From: Phoronis australis
Lineage: Eukaryota; Animalia; Phoronida
Length of the DNA stretch: 64,000 nucleotides
Assembly (NCBI GenBank): GCA_002633005.1
Contig: NMRA01000012.1
Coordinates: forward strand, 2,049,992 to 2,113,991
Direction: 5' to 3'
Below, piece after piece: positions 13,001 through 24,826 of this stretch. Every line of letters begins with the position of its first letter. The first letter of the stretch is position 1. Both the position numbers and the translations under genes were made by a program. The notes below the pieces were generated by a model. It was not told the DNA's origin, made no database searches, and saw nothing but the letters and a program-made list of their open reading frames with translations.

Positions 13001-16000
13001 AAAATGTGAAATAATGTTTAAAGCATTACTAATCACTGTCATAAAAATGCACTTTAATTAATTGTTTTTTAAAGTAGAACTCGCCCTTAGAGCTTGTACA
13101 AAATTATTCTCTGTCGATGGTTCTGATGCATGCCCATGTAAGTGATAACTGTGATGTTTTTAAAGTATTAATAACAGGACTTCAGTATCTTCTTAAAACC
13201 AAGTGCGAGGCACATGGTTTAGTTGACATCATCGACTTTTGGCATTCATATTTTGATTCAAATCACCCGTGCTGTCTTCTAGTGTGAAAACAAGACATTT
13301 TAAATTAATTGCCTTTAGAATTATGATTTAGGAATATGTAGAGCTAACTTGTCAGATGCTGGTTTCTATTTAGTGATTAAAATGATTTGGTTTTCATCCA
13401 GCTCCTTAACTCATGCTTACTTTTCAAATTTAAAGAGAGGCTTTAAATCGGGGCTTGGAATTTTCCGCGGAAACGCGGATTTCCGCTTTTTTCAAATGTT
13501 GTGTCCGCGCATTTTATTACATTTCCGCGTAAAAAAATCAGATTTGATATAAAATTTCCTTGTTGAGCATCTATGGGTCTGCCCCGAGTGTGACGATGCT
13601 GGCTCTGCACCCAAGTAATACCCAAGTAATGATCCACGTTGTACTTTTTTTCGAGTTTCAGAGAATATTCCAGCATATATTTATTCTTCTCCTGGTTGCG
13701 TCTATTCTTGCTGTGGTCTCCAACAATTTCCTCTATCCTTTCTAAATGCAGGTTTAATCTCCTCGAAGCTCAACAGGAAAAGAATTAATCTAATTCTTAA
13801 AAAAATTGAAGGATCTAAATTATGTAAGATGAGACAATGTAATCATTTGCTATGAAATAACTTCATACAAGCCACCCAATGACCAAATACACTAAAAAAC
13901 ACAAAAAGAGTGCCTACAGTCCGTGAGGGTGTGACAAAAATGCTCAATAAAGTAGGTGACAGATTCCTACCGCTTGAAAATTCCTGGTATCGGCTTTTTC
14001 AACACCCAACTCAGCATAGCAGATCAGAGCAGAAATAACATGTTGGTTCAAGCACAATAGCAACTTGACATGTATTCCTTTAGGTCACTTGTTATTTATA
14101 ATACTGTAGAACACCTCAGGAATTCTTTCGTATGAATATTTTTGCATTTTGAATTTCTCAAAAGCTAAGCATTTCTTTACAAATACGGGGTACCAACAAA
14201 TAAACAATAGGTTCATTAAATTAGCATTTTGTTTTATTTACATTTTATAATGTGGGCCAACTGTCTGATTTTAATAAGTTCTTCACATAGTTTTAAAGCT
14301 GCCTTTGTAATATTTTATCATTTTAAAGTTCTTAGGTGTGAGAAACATTTTATGTTCTGTATGCTTAGAAAGTAAAAAAATGACCTAAGATTACTTTTAT
14401 TTGCTGAAAAATTGTAATTTCATGGGTGTGACAGTCATACAAATTTGCTGTATGTCTGTCACGCAATTTCTGACTTAACAAATAATCCCTGGGATCTAAA
14501 ATTTTGGTCGATAGTATTGAGTAACAGTCTGAAATTATTTTAATTTTTATTGAAAACTTTTAACGTAACTAAACTTTTTAACATTTTTGTGACGGACGTA
14601 CGACACCACGATATCCAGGAGTTGACCTTTGACCCTGAGAGGTTGATGATGTGCCAAAGTTGAAATATTATTTTTTATAAAGTTTGTGATTGCACAAATT
14701 TGATAGTATAGTGAAATACCCATAAATTTTTATAATCCCCGATCTTTTTTCTTTCAGAAAATATACAGTTATTACCGTACTCGTCCGCGTTACCACCCAG
14801 GGCGCTTAAATTGGGAATCTTAAAAAACGGGGTGGGCGGTAAGCCGAGCATGGGTGCTTAAAAATTTAAAAATGAAAAATTGAAATGGGGGGGGGGTGGG
14901 CAGTAAGCTGAGAATGGGCCGTAACCCGGACTAGTACGGTAGTTGACAAAGCCTGGATTTTTTGATACATGAGTTAGAATGGAGGCCACTAAATCAGGTT
15001 TGAGATAATCTTAAAAGAATGTAACAGTGTTCTCCACAACCTGTTTTGACTCGTCACTGCGTCAAGTTTGAATTTTGTTGTGACGAGTTTGGCTCACTTG
15101 TGTCGAGTTTACAAACCTGTGCAACGAGTTTAAATTATTGGTAGATAAGTCATTTCTTAAGCAAATTATGGCTTTTACCAGTTCAGTACATTTATTTATT
15201 TCAAGACTTAACATACAAACGCTACCCACAGTACAGACTTTGACTTCTGAACACATGTACACGGAGTTTTAATTTCCTGTTGTGGAGAACACTGATGTAT
15301 GTCTCAAAAAAGGTCTTGGGGAACATTGAACACAATAGCTGAGTGTACAGCCTAAAATGCAGGAAGCATTAGGGACAGGTAATCTTGGTTCAGGTCCTTG
15401 AAATTCAAGTTCTGAACCAGTTAGACAGCGCTGCACATAAGCGAGTTAATGCTAGAAAATAAGAGTGGAAAAAGTAAAATACAAGTAAAAAATTGACGTA
15501 ACTGATACAATCAACAAACACACATTTGGGGTTTTTTGGTTGCCACTTTTTGCAAACCCAAATCCGGGAATACGAGTGGCAAATTTGTCATCACTCGTAT
15601 TTTCGAGCAGACATTTTTGCCTGTGTAAAATGCAGCTTTACTATATATTTTTTCATTCAGGTTTGGTGAAGATTGCCGAGAGTCTAGGTCTGACATTGCT
15701 GGCCCCTCGCAAAAAGATCACTGTGTTAATGATAGGTAATCACTCAGCTGGGAAGAGCTCATTCATTAACTGGTAAGCACAATGTGTCACTTGTACTGTT
15801 TGATTAGTCACCTTCACATGCAGATTAGTGATGTCTATCTTGGTGAGCATTCTTGGTATAGTTATCCAATCTAACCTAGCAACCTGGAATTGCTGCGAAT
15901 CTTGGGGTTGTGAGACGTGCAGGTGTGTACTTGTCTGGGTAATTAGACTGTTGAAGAGCTAAAAATTGGGTGGATTGGGCGTTAAGCTGAGTATAAATGT

Positions 16001-19000
16001 TAAAAACAGATTTTTTGAAGGGATGGACTTAGGCCTTTATCCAACTAGCGACTTTGGTTAATGTCTTGGGAGTTGCATTCATGTTATTTCACTTGGCATG
16101 CATCTAATCAAATGAACATTACTCTGAATGTTATACCCAATGAGCTGTTTGTTAGTCTTTGGTAAGCGATCTGGATGCAAAAATTCTGTATAGTGGCCTT
16201 CACATACCTGTGTGCTTTTGAGTAACCTCAAGTCTTAATGGCATGCATTGATGTGACTGTATAACCAAGCCCTGCGCCATTTTTGAAAACCCTTGTTTTA
16301 ATCATGTTTTTGGTTGGAACCTATTATTGTTTTGTACGGCAGGTCATTGCACGGAGGGATTTCACTGATTGGTTCAGCAGGAAGATCCACCGTTACAAAA
16401 TTGATTTAAATTCTAGTTTGAAGTTTGCAACTTTGGCTTGACCTACAGTGCAAGCCAAAAGTATTCAAACAAAATGACCCAAAATTCCCCCTTTATGGCA
16501 GCTGGACGGAAGTCAAATTCATCGTAAGAGTGGTCGTCCCATATGACAGAGAATGGAGGGAAATTAACAGGAAAGTTGTAAAGGTGGTCGAGTCATTCCG
16601 TGAATTTTGCCATTGTTACAGTTATTATCAGTCAATTTTGTTGTTAACTTTATTAGCAGCTGTGATGAAGAAAACGGTATTTTGTCTTATACTTTTTTCT
16701 TGTACTGTAATTAGCGCTGCATGGAACATAAAAAAGTGTGATAAACTGAGCATGTGGGTCAACCGGGATAATTATGACACTTTTCTCCCAACAAACTGTC
16801 ATCAACTTGTCATGTTACTCCAAGGTATGTCGAAGAGCATGTACAAAGGACTGGTGTTGCAATTGAGACGCAGGGGTTTACCTTCGTCACCAGTGGGCGC
16901 AAACGGGAATCTCTCACGGTAAGTTATTAGTTTGCTAATATGTAGACCTTGTGGTTTTGTACGACATGGATCTGAAAATGGTACATTTTACCTAATTGAC
17001 CAAGTTACTTGTCATTGAATAAAATATTATGTGATCTAAGATACAACTTTATTCTCCTGTATGAAATTATATTAAAAATGAAACACCAGTTTTTGAGCAT
17101 GTACAACATCGGTCAGATGAGTATGGAGACTGGAAATTACACTCGTGGTTTCATTGTCTCTATACTCACCTGACAAGGAACAGTGCATTTTATGTCATAT
17201 CTTATTTTGATGTTGCTCGTGAAAGAATTTTACATGAATGTGATGAAATTGCGTGATTTTAAACTAATTTTGGCAATATTTCAGGGCAATGCAACGCTGC
17301 ATTTGTATCCTCATTTTGAACCTCTTCGTAGCATCGCAGGTAAGAGTGCTTGAATGTCTAGGTGCACAGTCTTACCGAGGTTATGTATTACCCAAAAATG
17401 TCCTCAGAAATGGCTGATCAGAATCAAATGAAACTTTCAGATACTTAGTTCACTGTTCTGCAAAACGAAGATGGGAATTGCCTTTAGAGTAAGCCACTTA
17501 TCCAAGGTGCAGGATATGTGATTTTTATTAAAATATCAAAAGTTGCATTAAACTAAACTGAAATGATAATTTATTACAGTGTTGCAACATTTTTGAGATT
17601 TTGTGTTGGGCATTTATGATAAAAATTTGTTTGTGTAATTGATGTTACTGTTTTGCCATGAATGTACCTTTCATTTTTTTTTAATTACTACTTCGAAAGC
17701 ATGGTCACATGACCCAATCAATGGCACACTAGTACAAAATCAAATTCGACAGGCTTTCTAGTTTCGGAAATTATATACTTTTACCAAGATAAATTCTACA
17801 GTTTAGAAGATATTTGGCAGAATGCACTGTCAATAAGGTCCTACGTAACCTTTAACAAATATCCTTTACATTTTGATAGTAAGTATTTTGGTCTTCCTGC
17901 TAATCTTGGCCATTTTCTAGCTCTTCACTTGAAAGCAATGGTGTTTAATAATATTTAAAGTCGGTCTAATTAGTTCAGCTGTTTGTATTGGAGCCTTTGT
18001 TATTAGGTTGTCTGGTTGTTTGGAATGTAGTTGTGGACTGATGTTGCTGTTATCCAATGATAGTCTTCAGGGTTTTGTTTGAAGACTGCTGTTTACACCG
18101 TTTACATGTTGATGCCGCTGTGATGTTATGTTGGGTCTGTTGATGTTGTTTCTAAGAAGGTCTAATTTAAGCTATATTTAGCATTTCTTAAGTGTTTGTT
18201 TTCACATAAAAGCTTTGCTTTGTTATGCCGAAGTTGTACTTTATTCAGGTTTTCCCTAGGAAGCAATTGTGATATTATACTAAAGTGTGTTTGGTACAGC
18301 CTTTCACAGGGAAGTCTTTGTGGTTTCATGTTGAGGTCACGTGTTCTTGCTGGGATGCCTGTGTTGATGGTTTGAGGAATTGGTGTTACAGGTTTTCATA
18401 GGGAATCATTTGTGATGAGAAGTCATGTTGGTGTGGTTCAGGTTTTCACAGGGAAGCCTTTTGATGTTACGACAAGTTAATGATGTTTTTGCTGTATAAA
18501 AGTTAGTAGTACACGGCTTTTCACGAGGAAGCTTTTGTTTCGATGTATTGAAGCTGCCTGGTGAAGAGCTGTCTAGTGCTAATACTACAGTCTGGTGTCA
18601 GTTGTGTAGTTTCGTACCATAGTATTTCCAGTTTGATCTAACTTTGTCCATCCACGCATGTTTTGTTTCACTTATGAATGACTTGCTGCATCTTCTTTCC
18701 CATTTCCTTGTGGTAGACTGATGTGATGGTCTTCTCTGGCCTTTCTCGTGGACGCTATCCCAGAATACAACAGGGAGCTGCCAAGTGAAGGGCTGACGTA
18801 GACTAGTTGTTCATCGGGTCCAGACTAGGTGAATTATTTCAAGAGCTATGGGAAAGCTAATGTATTTGTGGTTAAGGTGTCGATTTGTCAAATTTGTGTC
18901 CCTTTTCCTTTGTGTAGTGTTGAAATATCTCTGTATTTCAGTAGGTGTACACCAGCGATTGTTAAATTTGGTTTTATCACCTTGTAGGCCATGAATTACA

Positions 19001-22000
19001 TGGCCTTAATTAAATCTTACGCATCACTAATTAGGTCAAGGCAAAGTTGTGAATCTTGGAAGGCAAATAAATACAGTTAATGTTGGTGATTCTATCCGTT
19101 GAAGCAATCATTGAAGTCCATTCGTTCCACTGTGTAATCAAGAGTCATTACTCATAAGTTTGTGTAGGATGTTATTGACAAGTCTGCATAAGTAGCCAAG
19201 TATCTTCAAAACTATAGATTTTTACTCAGTAAAATAAAAATGTATGTTTTCTGAAGGTAGAAAGACAGTAGAATTAGACTTTTGACTTTTTACTAATCTG
19301 CCATTAATTGAGTCACGTGACCGTGTCTTTTTAGGAAGATTTAGCGAAAAGGAAAGGTACATTGATAAAAACTAGGTGTCAATAACATGATCAAATTTTG
19401 TTAAATATAAATATTCAAGATAAAATCTCAGAAACACTGTCACCGTTTTCTAAATTCTAATTTTTTGCAACTCTTGTGTTTTTCATGAAAATTATACAAG
19501 TCTTGTGTTTTTTAGTCCTCATGCAAAAGTGGAATGTTTTAAAAACAATTCTTAATAGCGTTTTCGATAACAGCATACGAAACATAGTATCTGAAAAGTT
19601 TCAGATGGATACAAGCAAACCTTTCTGAGATGTGATATTTCGAAGTTGACCAAATTTGGAAATTTTTCTATGGTCAAAGGTAATCTTATAGAACCAGGAA
19701 AAAAGGTTCCATCCCATAACATGAACCAAACGGATGGTTTTCAGAAGTGGCGGTCCATCTAGCTTTAAGTTTTCTTTATCTCTGAAATACCTTGTTCTAT
19801 CCTGGATGAGGCTTTGTGTTAGCTTTTATTGCTGTGGTGAACTAGTTAGTAGCCACTGAGCTGATATCACTCCACACAGTAAACATATTTATCTTACTAT
19901 ACTGATCATTCAGACTGGTATGTGTACTGAGTGACTCGGTCATGGTCATGATCTCACTGTTTACATGTCTGATCCAGCTGATGGTAGTCCTGCTATCTAG
20001 TATGTCATGTTTTCTGTACATGATGAGGGCGTGAGATCTGGATCAAAGTTTACCCCATCCGCAGCGACATCTATAGGTAGAAGTGGTATCACATGATGGT
20101 GATAGGCTTCCTTTACTTACCTGAAATATGTATCAGCGTTACTTTTTTCACTTGTTATACCGTGTTACTGTGATGTCATCCCTTCAGAGATCTGTGTCTT
20201 CTTTCAGTCGAGACTATCTTGCTTATTTGTATTGCTTAGACTTTATTAAGTCGGGGTTGTTGTTTTTTCATTCGCTACCTCTACTAAATGCTTAGGCCAG
20301 GTATCCGGTATTCCAGATTAGGAAGTTCCCCTGTGATCGCCTTGTTTGCGAAGTTTCAATTATTAGTCATTATACTGTTTTGGCCAAAAACAGATGTGAT
20401 CATTAATTTTTGTCAATAAGCACAGTTATTTAAAGTTGCTGAAAGTTCCATTTTCGCCCACCAACTTTCTTGCAGTAAGGTTGTCCCTGTTTTCTTCCTT
20501 TCCATGATTAATATTACCATACGTTGTTTTTCTTGTGCATTTAATAGACTACTGAGAGTCCTAAATCAAATAAATCCTCCCAGAATGTGCAGAGGTATAT
20601 GTGTAGTGGAGCCCATAGCAGAAACTGCATAATCACTATAGATGAATGTAAACATAATCTATTCACTCTGTAGGTGTTACCGATTACCTGACCACAGAAA
20701 TCTCCACTTCAAAGCAGAAGAAGTTCAGCTTGGTCACATTTGTTGACACACCAGGCTTGGTGGATGGGGACATGAGCTATCCATTTGATGTCAACGAGGC
20801 CATCTGTTGGCTGGGTATTGCATTACATTCTTAACTTGTTAACCTGTTAAACTATGACATTCTACTGTTTCTTTTCTTTCAATGTATGGTGATAGTTTTT
20901 GTACTTCTAGAATTCTCACAAAGTAAACATGGTATTGTAGCTGCTTCAAAAAAGTTTTTGGGTCAAACACAGTTATTTTTCTTGTGATTACTGGTTTTAT
21001 TTATTTTGTCTACACCGAATAGGTTCTTCAAAAGTATAAAGCATGAATTATGTACTTGGACAGGTGACTTGGCAGATTTGATCTTTGTCTTCTTCGATCC
21101 CATTGGTCAAGCATTGTGTAAGCGCACTTTGAACCTAGTGGAGAAGCTGAATGAGAAACATGCTGATCGCATCAAGTTTTACTTGAGCAAAGCAGATGAG
21201 GCGGGGCATGAAAGTGATCGACAGGTAAGTTGCTGGTAATCAGCCAAGTGGGATCTATTGGCTCTACTGCTCATGAAGTGATTGAGTGGGTAAAGGCGGG
21301 ACATGGACATGATTGACGGATAGATGTTCATCAGCCAGTAGGGGACGGCTTGGGCTGAGAAGAGCTTGTGAGCATTCGGTGTAGAACACCAAAATTTGGT
21401 GTGGTTCTTAAAGGGTTATGGTTATGCAGGACCTTGTCGACCAGTCTTTACATTTAGCCAAATACCTACATAACTAAAGAATTTAAGTCAGCTAAAGTAT
21501 ATATATTTTCTGAAGGTACAAAATCTGTAGAATTTGTTTTTTTTACTTTATATCAATATGCCTCTAATTAGGTCTTGTGACCTTGCCTTTTAAGAAAAAA
21601 ATATCAAAAAAGTACATTCATAGCAAAACATCAGGATCAATAAAATGACCCAATTTTTTTTGATATTTTCAAGATAAAAATCTCAAAAAGCTGACAGTTA
21701 AGTTTTCTTAATTATCATTTAGTGTTCGTTTTATGCAACTTACAAACTTTAAAAAAAATTCATAAAAATCGTGTAAGTCCTATGTTTTGATAGCCCCTCA
21801 TACAAACGTGGAACATTTTAAAAATTCCAAACAGTGTTTCGGAGAAAAGTGTATAAAGCGTTGTTTGTGAATATTTCAAGTGAATTCAATCAGCCATTTT
21901 TCAAAAAATGATGTATCAAAGTTGACCACAATTGGACATTTTTCTATGGTCCTACATAACCTTAGTGGAAAGGGACTGAATGTGTGAAGCTAGGCGTTGT

Positions 22001-24826
22001 GGCATCGTCGGATTAAAAGAGTCTTGTAACCTGGCACTGTTTCTCAACTGAATGTACAAAGGTGTAGCCATTGTTATGCAAATGTTACATTTTCCACACA
22101 ATCCACATGTTTGGGTTAAAAGTTTAAGCCACATTGTTAAGATATTTTTGATTCTTCGCTAATATGGTGCCATGTGTTCAGTAGCTGTATAAGGGAGACT
22201 TTTGATACTCTACGAGTCCTCATTCACATGTTTCAGAGAGTCATGATGCAGATTGTTCAGGAACTGTGCAAGCGACCTGGCCTGAACCGCACTGGCTTCG
22301 ACATGCCCACAATTTACATCCCCAACCCCTCTGGCAAGGTGGGTCGAGTCAACTTTATTTAGCCTAGTGCAGAAGGCTTGGTCAGTTTGTAGAGTGCGTT
22401 TGACACAAGGTTGTCTGCAGACTGCTGTAACAGTCTTCAGGTGGCGTTTGCGTAATGGACGCTCGGAGATGTCCTTGAAATGACCTTGACTTAGATAACG
22501 GAAAATAGTGAGAACCACGTTTTAGGTTTTATGGTAAATTTAATTGTTAAAAACTGGATCAAAGCGAATGTAAGGTTTTGTAGGCGTGTTTAATAACGTG
22601 TTTTGATTAATTGCCAGTTTCTGTCATCATGAGTAATAGGGTCTATTTCTAGCCAAGCCGATGTGCCAATCAGATAGAGGACGTGTGTAAGGACATTGAG
22701 AAGACTATCAACCAAACTATTCAGAACACACTGAATACTCTGGAGAAGGATTGCGAGAAGATCGCCGAGTGCGTCGACGTCAAGTTGGCCAAGGACAGGT
22801 ACGTGATCACTGAACTAGACGCAACTTATCACCAGTTGTATGCAGAAATACGCATCGCATAATCTGAATGTGTAAAGCTGCTCTCTTTCTCTTTCTCTTT
22901 GTGATGAAACCAAAAAATGTGTGGATTAAAGATTAAATTGTGGTGTGTTCTGTATTGTTTGGGAATGTACCCCAGTACAATAGTGTACAATAGTGATCAG
23001 TGAACTAAGTAATCATTGACTAATCTCACGCAAGACCATGCTAAATCGCGTGAATGAAAAGCTAGTATTTTACTTCTAATCTCAGTGAGGAATGCAGTTT
23101 TCAGGAATTGATTCCTGGTATTGTCCCTAGATGTAGTGGATGTTTTCTAGATCACCTAGAAGCATCTTGTCATGGTTTGTTCGTGTTACAGTGCTGATGT
23201 TGCGCACAACTTTTCGGCCAGGACCAAAGGTGTGATGTTTGGTTGCATGGGGATCCTCTTACCTGCACTACTAGCTCTCAACTTCCTGGCTAGTAGTGTG
23301 TCCAAGGAGATCCTTTCTTCCACTCTTGGCCGAGACATGACAAGCAGTCTACTGCTCTACCTGGTGTGTATTGCTCTGTTCACATGATCTACTTCCCCTG
23401 TTTGCATAACCCTGTACACTGAAAGGTATCAAGATTAACGCTTGAGAAGCATTTGCTTGTAACAGGAAACAGTAATAGTAATTCTAGCACTAAAAGTCAA
23501 CTCTCTTGTTGAAATCAAAGAAGCTGGTTTTCTAAGCAAACTCGTTAGTGGTTTTCGCTGTTCAGATCCCAATGGTTGTGAATTATTCAGTCTATTGTAT
23601 TGAGAAAAGGATTGTAGCATGAAATGCGCGCTAATGGTTCAGGGATGAAGAAATTTAAATGATGATTTGTTCATGTTAAATTAGAAATTGTGAACTGGCT
23701 GAGAAAATTAAGTTCAAAACAGTGGATTAATTGTTGGAATAAAATTGGTTGAAAATGGGAATCGTGTTAGCGAATGTGTTCCAGTGTTGATCGACATTTA
23801 TTGAAATTGCTTTGCATTACATCTCTTGAGCTAATTTTCCTTGATCTTCGTTTGCAGTCGGACGTCTTCTACAGTTGGATTCAAACTATAAATTAGGAAA
23901 ATGTGAACTATTCACTCGACTGGTAATGCTGTTATTAATAACCATGTATTATATAATGATTAATTTATGAATGTGTTGTCGCTGTTTGGCAGGGTCCTGT
24001 ACGCGAGTTCTGGCGTAGTGTTCCAGTGGACTACCATCTACATGCTCTAGGAGCCTGCGTTGTACTGTCTGTGCTTCTTCTCCTTGTCGCCAAGTACAAG
24101 TCGAGGTCAGTGAAGACACTGTCACGCAAGCAAAAACGCATCTTGACAGAAGAACGGGAATACGTGCAAAATGTGGTCAAAGCTAAAAAGGTACTTTGAT
24201 TTTGTATTAGATTTCTTCTTTGCATTTTTAAGTGAAAATGTGTAGAATTAATTGACATTTTAAAAATTGAATGTCAAGTTAATGCATGCTGCAATGCTTG
24301 ACAAAGATGACTTTTACGTTTAAGTTTGTGGGAAAATAAAATTTGAAAATGAAAATCTTATTCCAGAAAGTTCCTAGATTACCCATGGATGTGACACATC
24401 TGTGTGAAAACCGTGTTCTCGTCACGTTTCTGATTATCACTATTCTGTCAAATGTCAACGTCAGTGCTTGGATGCAGTAATGTCAAAATCAATGTTACTT
24501 TGGTCAAGTAGAAAGTGGTGGTATTGTGTGTGGTTTACACCAGCCTTGTGTGCTGGACACTACTTACGTGAAGATAGTTGTAGAATGTGAAGTTGAAAGT
24601 TGCATTTCGATCATCAACTCAGTAAATACTCTAACTTAAAGATTTGCATTTCTTGGTTTTGTTTCTAACAGTTCTCCATATATATTGAATACTCCGGTAC
24701 CTGTGTACAGCCATGGCTGTTCGTCTTGTCTTTTCATGATTTTAGTGATGTTCGTATGCTCGTCTGTTGCAGCAAACCTTGTATGCGGATTACCTGAAAC
24801 AAAGTGTTGCAGAGCACGACCTGTGA
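10084..24826 (+). CDS. Uncharacterised dynamin/EHD-superfamily P-loop NTPase with two C-terminal transmembrane segments, 449 aa, 11 exons
   Basis: Exons 10084-10198, 15661-15772, 16825-16918, 17285-17339, 20674-20814, 21064-21224, 22237-22338, 22653-22798, 23192-23363, 23993-24190, 24773-24826. All introns are GT-AG, phases are consistent, and the total is 1350 nt. The protein starts MSGKVRQRTAANPADSVTVTVNEKILKECHSLYIDPENG and has G1 GNHSAGKS, G3 FVDTPGL, G4-like LSKAD, a helical segment (IEKTINQTIQNTLNTLEKDC), hydrophobic GVMFGCMGILLPALLALNFLA and ALGACVVLSVLLLLVA, and ends QTLYADYLKQSVAEHDL*. Confidence 0.88.
11896..12030. mobile_element. Short MITE
   Basis: gttcagtagacgctaggacctacgcta ... 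tagcgaggtcctagcgctactgaac inverted termini. Confidence 0.55.
14775..14939. mobile_element. pogo/Tigger-like (Tc1/mariner) MITE with TA TSD
   Basis: ta|ccgtactcgtccgcgttac ... gtaacccggactagtacgg|ta. A related fragment lies near 47455-47560. Confidence 0.7.
15025..15294. mobile_element. hAT-like MITE, 16-bp perfect TIR
   Basis: cagtgttctccacaac ... gttgtggagaacactg. Confidence 0.7.
15565..15640 (+). repeat. Interspersed repeat; second copy at ~55080-55150
   Basis: aatacgagtg..caaat..catca..gtattttcgag....attt..cctgtgta is shared between the copies. Confidence 0.55.
17378..17851 (-). mobile_element. MITE family A, inverted copy
   Basis: aggttatgta ... ggtcctacgtaacct|ttaa. The internal ctcagaaatggctg and aaactttcagatact are reverse complements of family A blocks. 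Confidence 0.65.
18245..18545. repeat. Degenerate repeat, ~5 copies of caggttttcacagggaagcctttgtg at irregular spacing
   Basis: Copies near 18246, 18297, 18389, 18439 and 18513. Confidence 0.55.
19160..19680 (+). mobile_element. MITE family A copy with eroded ends
   Basis: Shares ttttctgaaggta, gtatctgaaaagtt and aagttgaccaaatttgga..tttttctatggtc with 21412-21962. Confidence 0.6.
21412..21962 (+). mobile_element. MITE family A, near full-length (~550 bp)
   Basis: ttaa|agggttatggttatgcaggacc ... ggtcctacataacct; both TIRs are present. Confidence 0.7.

Noticed and set aside
16425-16922. 165-aa ORF
   Set aside because: Mostly intron; the real exon 16825-16918 is read in a different frame.
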